Positions 9,310 to 18,621 of a stretch of DNA of 64,000 nt are shown piece by piece (within the stretch, counting starts at the first letter, position 1; each line of letters starts with the position of its first letter). This DNA comes from Candidatus Babeliales bacterium (lineage in GTDB: Bacteria > Babelota > Babeliae > Babelales > JBFXEV01), in contig OY970310.1 in assembly GCA_963716425.1 (NCBI GenBank), forward strand, positions 1,670,807 to 1,734,806. Direction: 5' to 3'. Made by a program: the position numbers and the translations under genes. Below the pieces are notes generated by a model. It had not been told where the DNA came from, searched no databases, and saw only the letters and a program-made list of their open reading frames with translations.

Positions 9310-9831
9310 TTACCCTTCATAGGTCAACTTAACTATTGGCATGCGCTGAGCTACGCTGCTTGCCTTAAGTTGCTTGATAAATGATTGGTACCATTGCAAT
9401 CCGCTTAAGGAAGCTGTAAGTTCAATCCATACAAAATCATAATCAAACTGATCAAAAAAATAGTCGGCAAGAACATCGGGTCTATCAAGAGATCCACTAT
9501 GCGATAAATCATGGAAAATATCTTCAACAAGCATATTGTCTGGAGTATTAAATAAGGTTAGGCAGCCAATAGAATGATAATAATGAAGAGAAGATAAGCA
9601 TGCCTCTAACACTTGCCTGCCATGCTCTACGTCTTGGACTTTTAAATAATGTATTCCATTGCATAATAAAGTATCGTTCAAATCCAGAATATCTAAATCT
9701 GAGAGCAGTTTGGGAACGCGTTTATACATTGAGGCGGACATACCAGTATGCTCACGGTCTATGGTGTTTGCATACGCACAATTCATATTTTTCATCTTGC
9801 GACCCTTCTTTTTTGGGTTTACGCTTTCCAT
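9310..9831 (-). CDS. hypothetical protein (173 aa; start uncertain)
   Basis: Long ORF with no leader. The first ATG has no SD. The internal ATG (MKNMNC...) is preceded by AAGAAGGG and may be the true start. Confidence 0.45.
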   Translation of the reverse strand: MESVNPKKKGRKMKNMNCAYANTIDREHTGMSASMYKRVPKLLSDLDILDLNDTLLCNGIHYLKVQDVEHGRQVLEACLSSLHYYHSIGCLTLFNTPDNMLVEDIFHDLSHSGSLDRPDVLADYFFDQFDYDFVWIELTASLSGLQWYQSFIKQLKASSVAQRMPIVKLTYEG

Positions 9832-10088
9832 TTGATATAAAGATAATTTAAAACAAAAACAAATTGCAAGAGTTTGTGCTTATTTTGGTTAACACCCGTT
9901 TGGTTTACCTGGTTGATTGGCTTTTGCGAAAAAGATACTTTTATTATTCAGCATGCACCCGTGATTACCATGGAGTGCATTTTTTTTACGCATGCGAATT
10001 TTTATCAATTATTGAAAATTAGAAGATGAAAATGATAGACTTATAATGAGCAAGAATGATATTCTAACATTTAACAAGGGAGAAAGAG

Positions 10089-10310
10089 ATGACAAAGAAA
10101 CATGAAGAATTAATACATCGCAGGTTCAAGATTGGTGAAATTTGCCCCGAGTCGGGTGTCTATCGCATAAGCTCCGCCGCATGTGGAGTAGACCAAAAAG
10201 GTTGCATGTCTGAAGATCAAAAAGAAATTCCTCTTGCAAAAGGTCACCGGTTTCCACCGTGCCGCGATTGCAAAGGTGAAGTAACCTGGCATATGGTCAG
10301 AAAAGCGTAA
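10089..10310 (+). CDS. small Cys-containing protein (73 aa), possible zinc-ribbon
   Basis: Good SD (GGGAGAAAGAG). Cys pairs at CPESG...CGVDQKGC and PPCRDCKGE. Confidence 0.5.
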   Translation: MTKKHEELIHRRFKIGEICPESGVYRISSAACGVDQKGCMSEDQKEIPLAKGHRFPPCRDCKGEVTWHMVRKA

Positions 10311-10312
10311 AA

Positions 10313-10807
10313 CTACTGTGATTTTCTTACGATAATTTGTTTAGCTCGCCATAAGCCTGTAAGAGTTACCGCAAGTGCATCAGTAACGTCCTCTCTTTTT
10401 GGAGCCTCCATTTTGGGGAATAACTGCAGGATAACGCGAGCCACCTGATCTTTGGGTGCAGCACCCCACCCAGTAATTGCCTGTTTAATTTCTCGTGGTG
10501 CAAATTCATGGAGCACCAAATTGTGCTTTTGAGCGAGCAGATATAAGATACCCCTTACATAGCCAAGCTTCATAAAATTTTGGGGGTTTTTGCCCAAGAA
10601 TGGTGTTTCAAGAGCAAGATCGGTCACGTGATATTCTATAATTTTTGCAAGAAAAAAATCATGCAAGATATCAAGACGTTCTGGTATTGGTTGTTTTTGA
10701 GGCAGATTTAAACAGCCGTGATCAAGCAAGAAAGTTTTTGTGAGTTCTTTTTTTGCAATCCCATATCCTGCAAAGCGCAGCCCAGGATCAATTCCTAATA
10801 TCACCAT
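10313..10807 (-). CDS. ruvC: crossover junction endodeoxyribonuclease RuvC
   Basis: MVILGIDPGLRFAGYGI... carries the catalytic Asp in the IDPG context, and the protein has RuvC length. I prefer the ATG at 10807 to the GTG at 10813. Confidence 0.85.
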   Translation of the reverse strand: MVILGIDPGLRFAGYGIAKKELTKTFLLDHGCLNLPQKQPIPERLDILHDFFLAKIIEYHVTDLALETPFLGKNPQNFMKLGYVRGILYLLAQKHNLVLHEFAPREIKQAITGWGAAPKDQVARVILQLFPKMEAPKREDVTDALAVTLTGLWRAKQIIVRKSQ

Positions 10808-10900
10808 GTACACCCTTTTTTGTTATTAACAGTGTGAGTGTACCATAAAACTAGAGCCGCTCAAAGCGCCGAGGGTTCACTTGGCAAGCTGACTACTCAT

Positions 10901-11527
10901 TTATTTCGAGACAACTTCGGACTTAAATTTTGCAATCAATGCAAGAATAGTAACTTTATCCGTATTTCTACGAGCAAATTGCTCCACGGTTCTATGCACC
11001 TTGTTAGTGCAAGAAAGTAATTTTTCCAGTTGTTTACATTGGGTCAATATATGGGCAATACTTTTATATTCACTATATGCTACCGCAAGATGCAAGGCAG
11101 TATTACCTTCACTATTTTGTATCAGCGTATCGGCACCGTTACATAGTAATAAGAATACCATTTCTTCGCATCCTCGGTTAAAGCTAGAAACGGCACAATG
11201 GAGAGGCGTATTGCCACTCAAATCTTTGCTATTAATACCAACCCCGTGTTGTTCAAGCACTTTTTTAAACTGTAGTAAGAATTTACAAGCTTCTAAATTT
11301 CCACTTATTACAGCCGCATGCAACAACCCTTGGCCATCTTCATCAACTGCATTAAGAAGCAATGTGCCACTATTGCCATGCAATATATCTTTCATGCTTA
11401 GAACGTCACCCTTACTTGCAGCTTTCAATAATGAACGGTGTGCATCACCAATTTTTTCCATGCCCTGGGCAGAAAACATTCCACAGGTGATAAATAATAA
11501 ACCTATTAAAACATAACGTAACTTCAT
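10901..11527 (-). CDS. ankyrin-repeat protein with leader (208 aa)
   Basis: ANK units DEDGQGLLHAAVISGNLEACKFLL, DLSGNTPLHCAVS and NSEGNTALHLAVAY. Leader ...GMFSAQGM-EK. ATGA overlap with the upstream gene. Confidence 0.85.
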   Translation of the reverse strand: MKLRYVLIGLLFITCGMFSAQGMEKIGDAHRSLLKAASKGDVLSMKDILHGNSGTLLLNAVDEDGQGLLHAAVISGNLEACKFLLQFKKVLEQHGVGINSKDLSGNTPLHCAVSSFNRGCEEMVFLLLCNGADTLIQNSEGNTALHLAVAYSEYKSIAHILTQCKQLEKLLSCTNKVHRTVEQFARRNTDKVTILALIAKFKSEVVSK

Positions 11528-12063
11528 GTATTTTCTCCCGGTCGATTGAAATCGTCAATTTTTGCATACAACCCTTCGGTCATATTGCGAGTGCAAATCC
11601 GACTAGCACCAACTCTGCATAATAACTGACACATCCTTTTGTCGTTCTTCTCTAAGGCATAATAGAGCGGCGTATTGCCCGCAACATCTTCCATATTAAT
11701 AAGCGATCCAAGAGGTGATGAAGGCGCAGTTAACAAAGGAACAATGGCATGATGCCCACGGCGTACTGCATAATGCAATAATGTGCTGCCATCTTTTGCT
11801 CTGCGATCGTGCTGAGCACCATCATAGAGCGCATGCGCTACTTTTTGGGCATCCCCCTCACAGACACCTTGGAAGAGATCTCTATTAGGAGCGTCTTGCC
11901 AGTATTCTATGCAATAAATAGAGCCCGAAACTACTGCAGCCAGAGCTACAGCGCCCCAGAGCCTGCCAGACTTTAAGCACTTAGGAATAGAGTCCATTCC
12001 TAAACTTGTTGAACTATGACTGACTATAAGGCAGAGTAAGCCTAAAATTGATACTTTTAACAT
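11524..12063 (-). CDS. ankyrin-repeat protein with leader (179 aa)
   Basis: ANK units KDGSTLLHYAVRRGHHAIVPLL and DVAGNTPLYYALEKNDKRMCQLL. Leader ...SHSSTSLGM-DS. SD GGAGA. Confidence 0.85.
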   Translation of the reverse strand: MLKVSILGLLCLIVSHSSTSLGMDSIPKCLKSGRLWGAVALAAVVSGSIYCIEYWQDAPNRDLFQGVCEGDAQKVAHALYDGAQHDRRAKDGSTLLHYAVRRGHHAIVPLLTAPSSPLGSLINMEDVAGNTPLYYALEKNDKRMCQLLCRVGASRICTRNMTEGLYAKIDDFNRPGENT

Positions 12064-12266
12064 AACGTCTCCATTAGTAATATTAATATTAATAGTATAT
12101 ACAAATTGAAATTATTTGCAATACCTTGCGGGCAAAATAGCCTCCTGCTAACTCATTACAGGTTAAAGACTCGCCTTAGTAGACCCCCCTACTCTTGCAA
12201 TAAGATCCCTTCCTTTGATAGGGTAAAAAAGGTTAAAGAATATGGTATACTATGGAGAGAGTTATA

Positions 12267-14462
12267 ATGAATAGAAAAATACTGATATCATTAATTATAC
12301 TACTTGCTACCCAACCTGTTTGCTCAAAGGATTCAATTGTGAATAAGTTATCACCCGCTCCAGATACCATTGAACGGTACCATGAAATTGCAACGCGTTA
12401 TAATGAAACATTGCCTGATCTTTATAATAGTCTGACCGCTGAAGAACGTGTATTCATGTATTATATTCTGCGCGCAAGCTTGCCGGGCAATCGTATTGCG
12501 GCAGACCAACTTCATAGGCATGCAAATAGTATTACTGAGCTTTGTGAACATCTCTATCTTCATAAAGATGATGCAAGAGTACAGCATATTGAAGAGGCCC
12601 CTCTTTTCTTTGAGCACTTAAAAACATATCTTGTTTATCTCTGGGCAAACCATGGCCACTATTTTATAAAAGAACATGCCAATGAAAAGCGCACGCCTGA
12701 GCGGTTAGGATTAACTGCGTTAACACAAGAAAATTTCCAGAAAATACTCACTGCTCTTGATTGCACCGAAAATATCTCATTACTCAATGAACTTAATGCC
12801 TCAGTATTTGATCACACGCATGAGCATACGCTCTGCGTGCCCAACAACATAGAGCACAGTGCCGTCAATATGTATTCACCAGACTTTACTGAATCTGATT
12901 ATAATGCATTAAGCACCAAGGATCGCGCATACTTGAATGCTTATTATTGTGTTACTGAGCAAAATGGCGAGCGTAAACCAACTATTGAGCGCTATAAAAT
13001 TGGTGGCAAATATTCGCAAGAACTTACCGTTGCATGCCATTGGCTCACCAAAGCACGCGATCATGCAGCAATGCATCCTGGCATTTTCGATGCTTACATT
13101 CCAGAAAGCTTAACTCATTTAATTGAACATGTGAGCACTGGCTGTGAAGAGGCCTTCAAGCGGCATTCTATTGCATGGACAAAAACCAAAAGTCGTCTTG
13201 ATTATTGCTTTGGTTTTATTGAAAACTATTGCGATCCTAAAGAATTCCGTGGTATGTTTCAAGCGGAGGTTACTATTAAAAGTATCAATATGGATGTACT
13301 CAATAGCATTCTGCCAAGCATAGAAGCTGAACTACCGTTTCCCAAAGAGTGGATGCGCACCAATTTATCTGATCTTGTAGCAATTCCTAATGCTTCCATT
13401 AATAGCCTTGCAATCGGTACTGGTGAATTAGGGCCGCTCTCCATTGTTGCCGCTTATTGCTTGCCCAATTACCCTGATATTCGTGCAGAGCATGGTTCCA
13501 AACAAATCATTTATCAAGTTGGCAAAGGGCTTGGTGCTGCATTAAATCCAGAACTGAGCAAACAGCTGACCTATCTTTCTGAAGAAGCTCTCTGGCGATC
13601 AACGTATGACCCAGAACAAAAACTATCGGCCGATATTTGGAACGTACATTGCATCTTGCATGAAACACTTGGCCATGGCAGCGGACGTCATGCGCTGCAT
13701 ACCTTCAGGCAAGGTGATTCTCTTACTATTGCAGGCAAAACATATAACATTGGCGATGTTATTCCCGTAACTAATGAAAATTTAAATGAATTTTTCCAAG
13801 GCGCAGGATCTGCACTTGAAGAATTAAGAGCAGAAATACTGGCACTCTATACCAGCATTTTCTCGTTTGATACGCTTGCACCTGCTGACCTCTATAAAGA
13901 TTGGCCGCAAAGAATTGGCAAAGATAAACTGATTGATATCTTAATTCTTGATATGGCAAACACGGCTTTGCGCAGATTACAAAACTTGCCTGATGGGGCA
14001 ACCCAGGTTCTTGGAGCTCATGCACAAGCTAATGTGACCATTGCCAACTGGCTAGAAGATCACGGTGGCATTGAATTGCAAGCAGAGAAAAAAACAATTG
14101 ATGGTACAGAATATACGGTACTCAGTTATGTAATTAAAGATCGCGCAAAAACTCTTGCATTAATTACCGAACTTGCAATTGAAGTGCAACGGATACGCTC
14201 AACGGCTGATGGTGTAAGCTTACAAAAGATGCTTGATACCTATGCTCGCACCGTACGCACGCCCGAGCATGTTGCTATTTTAAAGCGCAATCAACAAGCA
14301 ATGATTGGTAACCTGAAAGTAACTGCCTATATTTTCCCACACTTTGAGCCGATATCCGATGCACAAGGCGCTGTAGTAGATATTGCAGCCTCTTGGCCTG
14401 CAAATATTGTAGAGCAATGTTTAACGTATCGCGATTTGGCAATGAAGACTGACCATTATTAA
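12267..14462 (+). CDS. M49 family metallopeptidase (dipeptidyl-peptidase III-like), exported or lipoprotein-like
   Basis: Both DPP-III signature motifs are present: HETLGH (HExxGH) and EELRAE (EExR[AK]E). ATG 12267 is preceded by GGAGAGA. N-terminus MNRKILISLIILLATQPVCSKD. Confidence 0.8.
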   Translation: MNRKILISLIILLATQPVCSKDSIVNKLSPAPDTIERYHEIATRYNETLPDLYNSLTAEERVFMYYILRASLPGNRIAADQLHRHANSITELCEHLYLHKDDARVQHIEEAPLFFEHLKTYLVYLWANHGHYFIKEHANEKRTPERLGLTALTQENFQKILTALDCTENISLLNELNASVFDHTHEHTLCVPNNIEHSAVNMYSPDFTESDYNALSTKDRAYLNAYYCVTEQNGERKPTIERYKIGGKYSQELTVACHWLTKARDHAAMHPGIFDAYIPESLTHLIEHVSTGCEEAFKRHSIAWTKTKSRLDYCFGFIENYCDPKEFRGMFQAEVTIKSINMDVLNSILPSIEAELPFPKEWMRTNLSDLVAIPNASINSLAIGTGELGPLSIVAAYCLPNYPDIRAEHGSKQIIYQVGKGLGAALNPELSKQLTYLSEEALWRSTYDPEQKLSADIWNVHCILHETLGHGSGRHALHTFRQGDSLTIAGKTYNIGDVIPVTNENLNEFFQGAGSALEELRAEILALYTSIFSFDTLAPADLYKDWPQRIGKDKLIDILILDMANTALRRLQNLPDGATQVLGAHAQANVTIANWLEDHGGIELQAEKKTIDGTEYTVLSYVIKDRAKTLALITELAIEVQRIRSTADGVSLQKMLDTYARTVRTPEHVAILKRNQQAMIGNLKVTAYIFPHFEPISDAQGAVVDIAASWPANIVEQCLTYRDLAMKTDHY

Positions 14463-14466
14463 ATGA

Positions 14467-14499
14467 AAAAGCGTGCTACATAACATGTTGCACGCTTTT
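14467..14499 (+). terminator. rho-independent terminator after the DPP-III-like gene
   Basis: 10-bp stem AAAAGCGTGC/GCACGCTTTT (14467-14476 / 14490-14499) with an inner ACAT/ATGT extension and a T-run. Confidence 0.8.
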
Positions 14500-14572
14500 C
14501 AATGTCACGTAAAACCGCTACAATAGAGCATATTCAAAACAATGGCTCTAGTATAAACATCAAGGAACCTAC

Positions 14573-15580
14573 GTGATCTCGTTTAATAAAATTTTTATCT
14601 TTGCCATCTTCTCTTTGTCATTACAATTTAATTACTTACATGCAATGGAGCCAGTGCTTGAGCATGAGCCATTGATTACAGAGAACGGCGCACATGATGG
14701 TTCAATAGAACTGAGAGAAGTAGCTATTGCACCCCATATTCCAGAACCAGAGATCAACATTCAAATTCCACCAAATACAATGGATGAATTTAATCCAAAG
14801 GTAATCACAGGCGCAGGTGCCGCGATGATTGTCATAGGGGCAGCATTCTTGTATTATGATCATACTCGTGTAGTGGAAACTGTCATAGGATCTTGCATAG
14901 AGGTTACCGGTGTTAGTTGTCTCATAGGTGGGCTAATAGCCCTTAAGCGAATACGCAATCGAAATAATACACTGCATACTGAATTGGTTGCTCATGCCAC
15001 GCAAACAATCAGGCAACAACTTGCAACCACCAATCGGCGTGTTCCATCAAACGCTTTGGCTGCAAAAGTATGTCATCTTATTGCTTTGGACTATACTGAA
15101 GGACTTAAGTCTCTCATTTCTAATGTTAATGACCAATCACTGTTTACTCCTCTACAAACTGCTCAGCAAAAAAAGGATACTCTCTTTGCATTGATGCGGG
15201 TATTTAAGAGAAAACATATTAGGATGCCAAAAGATATGATCTTTGCCACCATAGCACAATGCCCTGAGCTCATTCATAACCGTACATTGTTTTGCCACAC
15301 GCTACCGCTTGTTAAAGCAGCAGGTTTGCTCAAAGATGCCATCCAGCATTGTCCGCTTTCTTGGTTTAATACCTACTATCACAATCATTGCAGTAACGAG
15401 CACAAGGTAGATTTTGCCAACGATGCTGCAAGAACAGCTACTCATTTACGCATGGATACTATTTTATCGTTGGTGCCACCTTCCGCACCTTTATTTTCAC
15501 CGGAAGAAAAAAAGGATGTATTTGTAAAAACGTTTAATGCATATCATCAAGAGATTACCTGTGTTTCGGCCATCGAGTAA
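14573..15580 (+). CDS. hypothetical membrane protein carrying the ANK-family C-terminal module but no ANK repeats (335 aa)
   Basis: GTG start preceded by AAGGAA. Leader MISFNKIFIFAIFSLSLQFNYLHAM-EP. Two predicted TM helices. The C-terminal half shares motifs with ANK families in this window (FKRKHIRMPKDMIFATIAQ; CPLSWFNTYY; NDAARTATHLRMD). Confidence 0.55.
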   Translation: MISFNKIFIFAIFSLSLQFNYLHAMEPVLEHEPLITENGAHDGSIELREVAIAPHIPEPEINIQIPPNTMDEFNPKVITGAGAAMIVIGAAFLYYDHTRVVETVIGSCIEVTGVSCLIGGLIALKRIRNRNNTLHTELVAHATQTIRQQLATTNRRVPSNALAAKVCHLIALDYTEGLKSLISNVNDQSLFTPLQTAQQKKDTLFALMRVFKRKHIRMPKDMIFATIAQCPELIHNRTLFCHTLPLVKAAGLLKDAIQHCPLSWFNTYYHNHCSNEHKVDFANDAARTATHLRMDTILSLVPPSAPLFSPEEKKDVFVKTFNAYHQEITCVSAIE

Positions 15581-16385
15581 AGTGTTCAACAATCTTTAGG
15601 TAGGTTGCATTATGCTCATCTGCAGCTGTAAGCAATTTCTGAATACGATCAGGATAATCTGAGAATATGCCATCAACCCCTCTACACAATAGTTGTTTGA
15701 TAATGCGGGAATCATTGGCAGTATATATAAATACCTTAAGCCCATGTGCATGCGCGTCATCAACAAACCGTTGTGTTACATATTCATATTTTGTAGAAAT
15801 TGCTTGAAAACCATGCTTTTTTGCATAGGCTGCAAACTCAAGAGGCATACCATTAACTGTCGCACAGCGCTTTATCTGTGGAAGCAATGAATGGAATTCT
15901 TGAAGTTGTACATGATCAAAAGACAAAACATAAAACTCATCAGGCTGCCACCCTTGATCTAGATATGCTTGCATTAAACGCGCGGTGGGCTCAGCAGTTC
16001 CCTGGCCTTTTAATTCTATAGCAATCTTGGCCCGATGGTGCACAATATCAATTACTTCTTTGAGCGTTGGAATATGCTCAGAAGAACTAATGGTAAGGGC
16101 ATCTAGTTGATTTTTAGTTTTGTCTTGCACATATCCTGTGCCATTTGTTGTTCGGTGGACCGTATCATCATGTATCACTACAAGCTCACCAGATGCACAA
16201 AGATGCACATCAAGCTCTATCATATCAACACCCAATTCAAGAGCTTTTACAAAAGATGAAAGCGTATTTTCTGGGGCGTATCCGCAAGCACCACGATGAC
16301 CAATCACCAAACATCTTTCTTGCGTTTGAATCGTGCCAATACTACATAAGCTTATGATGAGTGATAAATTCTTTCTTGCTAACAT
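15555..16385 (-). CDS. glycerophosphodiester phosphodiesterase (GDPD family), exported
   Basis: VIGHRGACGYAPENTLSSF...MIELDVH is the GDPD catalytic signature (HRG...PENT...E.D). It has a signal-like N-terminus. Its 3' end overlaps the convergent gene by 26 nt. Confidence 0.85.
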   Translation of the reverse strand: MLARKNLSLIISLCSIGTIQTQERCLVIGHRGACGYAPENTLSSFVKALELGVDMIELDVHLCASGELVVIHDDTVHRTTNGTGYVQDKTKNQLDALTISSSEHIPTLKEVIDIVHHRAKIAIELKGQGTAEPTARLMQAYLDQGWQPDEFYVLSFDHVQLQEFHSLLPQIKRCATVNGMPLEFAAYAKKHGFQAISTKYEYVTQRFVDDAHAHGLKVFIYTANDSRIIKQLLCRGVDGIFSDYPDRIQKLLTAADEHNATYLKIVEHFTRWPKHR

Positions 16386-16606
16386 ACTATACCCTCTCTC
16401 TTTTATTAGCGGTATTCACTAAATGCAGTATACTCAAAAAGAAAAAGAAAAAAAATGGTTCAATTTCTTTAATCATGAGTTCGTATCTTTTAACTCACTT
16501 CGTTCGATCAGGACGAACGGTGTAAAAACATACTACCCATTTACAGTTGCGCTTAAACTCATTTATACTTTATGTAGGTTGACACTCATCAGGGGGAATA
16601 CAATTC

Positions 16607-17326
16607 ATGATTAACAGTAAAATACTCATTTACATCTTCTTGAATCTTTTGTTTTTTGGTGCAAGTACGCAAGCTATGAAACAACCCAAAAAACAGGTTG
16701 GAACTTCTAAGGCAGTTAAGGCAGTTAGTGCAAGCGCTTCCTCTGTTCGTAATCAACACGATGCGCAAGGAAAAACTCCCCTTCATCGCGCGGTCATAGA
16801 GAATGATATACCAGAAATAAAAGACCTTTTGGAGCATGGAGCAAAGCTTTCTATAGAAACAAGAGCCTCCACAATAGAAGCTCCTGACTTTATGCGTAAT
16901 AAAGCTGGCTACACCGTATTTCATCTTGCCGCATGCAAACATGGTGAACATGGTATACGCATTAAAAAACTACTCTTATATTACGCACTACTGCAAAATG
17001 CTCCAGCTCTCCTTGATGCACTCAGCTCTCCCCTTTACAGTTTACAAGCATTTGCTGTAGGAATACTCCAAGAACGAGCTCTTGGCTTAAAAAAAATTTT
17101 AGAAATGCACAATGCAGAAGGAGATACTGCAGCCGAAATTGAAATAAAACGTGATGCATTTGGCAAACCATTACCCTATCATGGCGATACAGCTCTCTTT
17201 GCTGCTTTTAAAGTGAATACGGATCTAAGAGCATTTGTAACCGCAGTTCAGTATGGTACCGTTTCCCTTTTGCCAAGCACTAATATATTTAAAGCAGCGC
17301 ATGATGCTCTGCCAAAGCCACAATAA
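16607..17326 (+). CDS. ankyrin-family paralog 1 of a five-gene tandem array (239 aa)
   Basis: SD AGGGGGA. Leader ...FFGASTQAM-KQP. ANK unit DAQGKTPLHRAVIENDIPEIKDLLEHGAKL. Family motifs VFHLAA, LLLYYALL, EGDTAAEIE and NIFKAAHDALPKPQ. Confidence 0.85.
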   Translation: MINSKILIYIFLNLLFFGASTQAMKQPKKQVGTSKAVKAVSASASSVRNQHDAQGKTPLHRAVIENDIPEIKDLLEHGAKLSIETRASTIEAPDFMRNKAGYTVFHLAACKHGEHGIRIKKLLLYYALLQNAPALLDALSSPLYSLQAFAVGILQERALGLKKILEMHNAEGDTAAEIEIKRDAFGKPLPYHGDTALFAAFKVNTDLRAFVTAVQYGTVSLLPSTNIFKAAHDALPKPQ

Positions 17327-17462
17327 CTTACTCATATTCTCAATGCAGACAAAATGAGTGTTTAAATAATCTACACCTTCCCTATTTGATTGATGCATCA
17401 TATTATAAGATACTATATGTACAAGATAAGAGTACGTACATACTTTGCATCGTAAGAAAAAA

Positions 17463-18539
17463 ATGATCTCTAAGGTACTTTCACGAACATTGCTTAGTAT
17501 ACTCTGTTTATTCCTCCACACAGCACAGGCCATGGATGCAAGTACAGAGGCAGATGAGCTTGATGATAAGCTTTTTTTTGAACAGCTTAACGAGCAGCTC
17601 TATAGTGACGGCTTTGTAGAAGCTGCCCAAAATAATCATTATGCACGCGTGCAAGAATTGCTCGCACAAGGCGCTGACGTGAATGTGCAAAAGGTAGAGA
17701 GCAGACTCACGCCCTTGATTGCAGCCTGTATGCATAAAGATGATACTCTTCCATTGGTCACACTACTTTTAAACACAAAGGCGAATCCTAAACTTGCCGA
17801 CAATCGCCTAAACACCTCGCTCCATTATGCTGCAGCTCGCAACAGAGTTGCAGTACTTGAACTGCTTAAAAAAGCTGGAGCACTTCTGGATGCTCAAAAT
17901 AGCGCTGGCTCTACCGCTTGCCATCTTGCAACAGAAAGTGATGCCCTAGAAACTATTGGTTGGCTTCGTAGAGCAGGCGCACGCATGAATATGCTTGATA
18001 CAAGGGGGCAAGCACCCATTCATCAAGCCATTCTAAAGGGGAGCGTGGCCACAATCCATCAGTTACTCAATCATGGGGCAAGCTTGTATGTGGCTAGCAA
18101 CACAGCGCAAGAACCCACTGATGTTCCCGCAGGATCAACATCGTTCCACCTTGTAGCACGAAACACGAGTGAGCAAGGGCAAATTCTAAAAAATATTTTG
18201 CTCTATTACGCATTATTCTATGGATCTAAGTTTGAACAAACAGGCATCCTTGACGGGCATTCGCTCCGGGCACGAGTTGAAAGTCTAAAAGCTTTATTTA
18301 AACAAAAAGATAGTAATAATAATACGCCATATGATATTGAACAAGAGAATCACGCTTCTACTAAATCCTTTATGCCACTCTTTAAGGATACGCTGGATCT
18401 TGACATGTTTAATTTCAATGAAGCATTGCGAAAAAAATCGCTTGAAAAACTACCAAGTTCTAACTTATTCAAAGCTGCGTATGAAGCGATGCCAAAGAAG
18501 CAAGGCTGGGGATCATACTTCCTTGGGTGGTTATGGTAG
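17463..18539 (+). CDS. ankyrin-family paralog 2 (358 aa)
   Basis: I prefer the ATG at 17463 to the TTG at 17445. Leader MISKVLSRTLLSILCLFLHTAQAM-DA. ANK units LNTSLHYAAARNRVAVLELLKKAGALLDAQNSAGSTACHLA. Family motifs ILLYYALFYG and NLFKAAYEAMPKKQ. Confidence 0.85.
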   Translation: MISKVLSRTLLSILCLFLHTAQAMDASTEADELDDKLFFEQLNEQLYSDGFVEAAQNNHYARVQELLAQGADVNVQKVESRLTPLIAACMHKDDTLPLVTLLLNTKANPKLADNRLNTSLHYAAARNRVAVLELLKKAGALLDAQNSAGSTACHLATESDALETIGWLRRAGARMNMLDTRGQAPIHQAILKGSVATIHQLLNHGASLYVASNTAQEPTDVPAGSTSFHLVARNTSEQGQILKNILLYYALFYGSKFEQTGILDGHSLRARVESLKALFKQKDSNNNTPYDIEQENHASTKSFMPLFKDTLDLDMFNFNEALRKKSLEKLPSSNLFKAAYEAMPKKQGWGSYFLGWLW

Positions 18540-18621
18540 CTAGCTTACGCAAAATAGAAATCTGTATTACGCTCATTATGCCTAAACATAACACACTCTC
18601 TCAAACTCAGTTAGGATTGGT

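Noticed and set aside
9793-9819. SV40-like basic cluster NPKKKGRKMK at the N-terminus of 9310..9831, considered as a possible nuclear localisation signal.
   Set aside because: The first ATG has no SD, while the internal ATG right after this stretch is preceded by AAGAAGGG. The basic cluster may be untranslated leader, which is too uncertain to claim.
9953-9987. Hairpin ATGCAC...GTGCAT followed by T7 in the 9832..10088 spacer, considered as a possible orphan terminator or sRNA 3' end.
   Set aside because: It has only a 6-bp stem with a 16-nt loop, no upstream + strand gene, and no convincing promoter. The evidence is insufficient.
11001-11516. A 171-aa + ORF. Similar antisense ORFs sit inside dnaB (23068..23750), the ANK genes (48727..49128, 51275..51637) and ileS.
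   Set aside because: They are fully contained antisense to genes with unambiguous motifs, and they have no independent signals.
16579-16604. TTGACA ... TACAAT promoter-like hexamers just upstream of 16607.
   Set aside because: The spacing is only 14 nt, and the -10 would sit 2 nt from the ATG on top of the SD. It is not a credible sigma-70 promoter. I did not call promoters anywhere because AT-rich sequence yields many false TATAAT-like hits.
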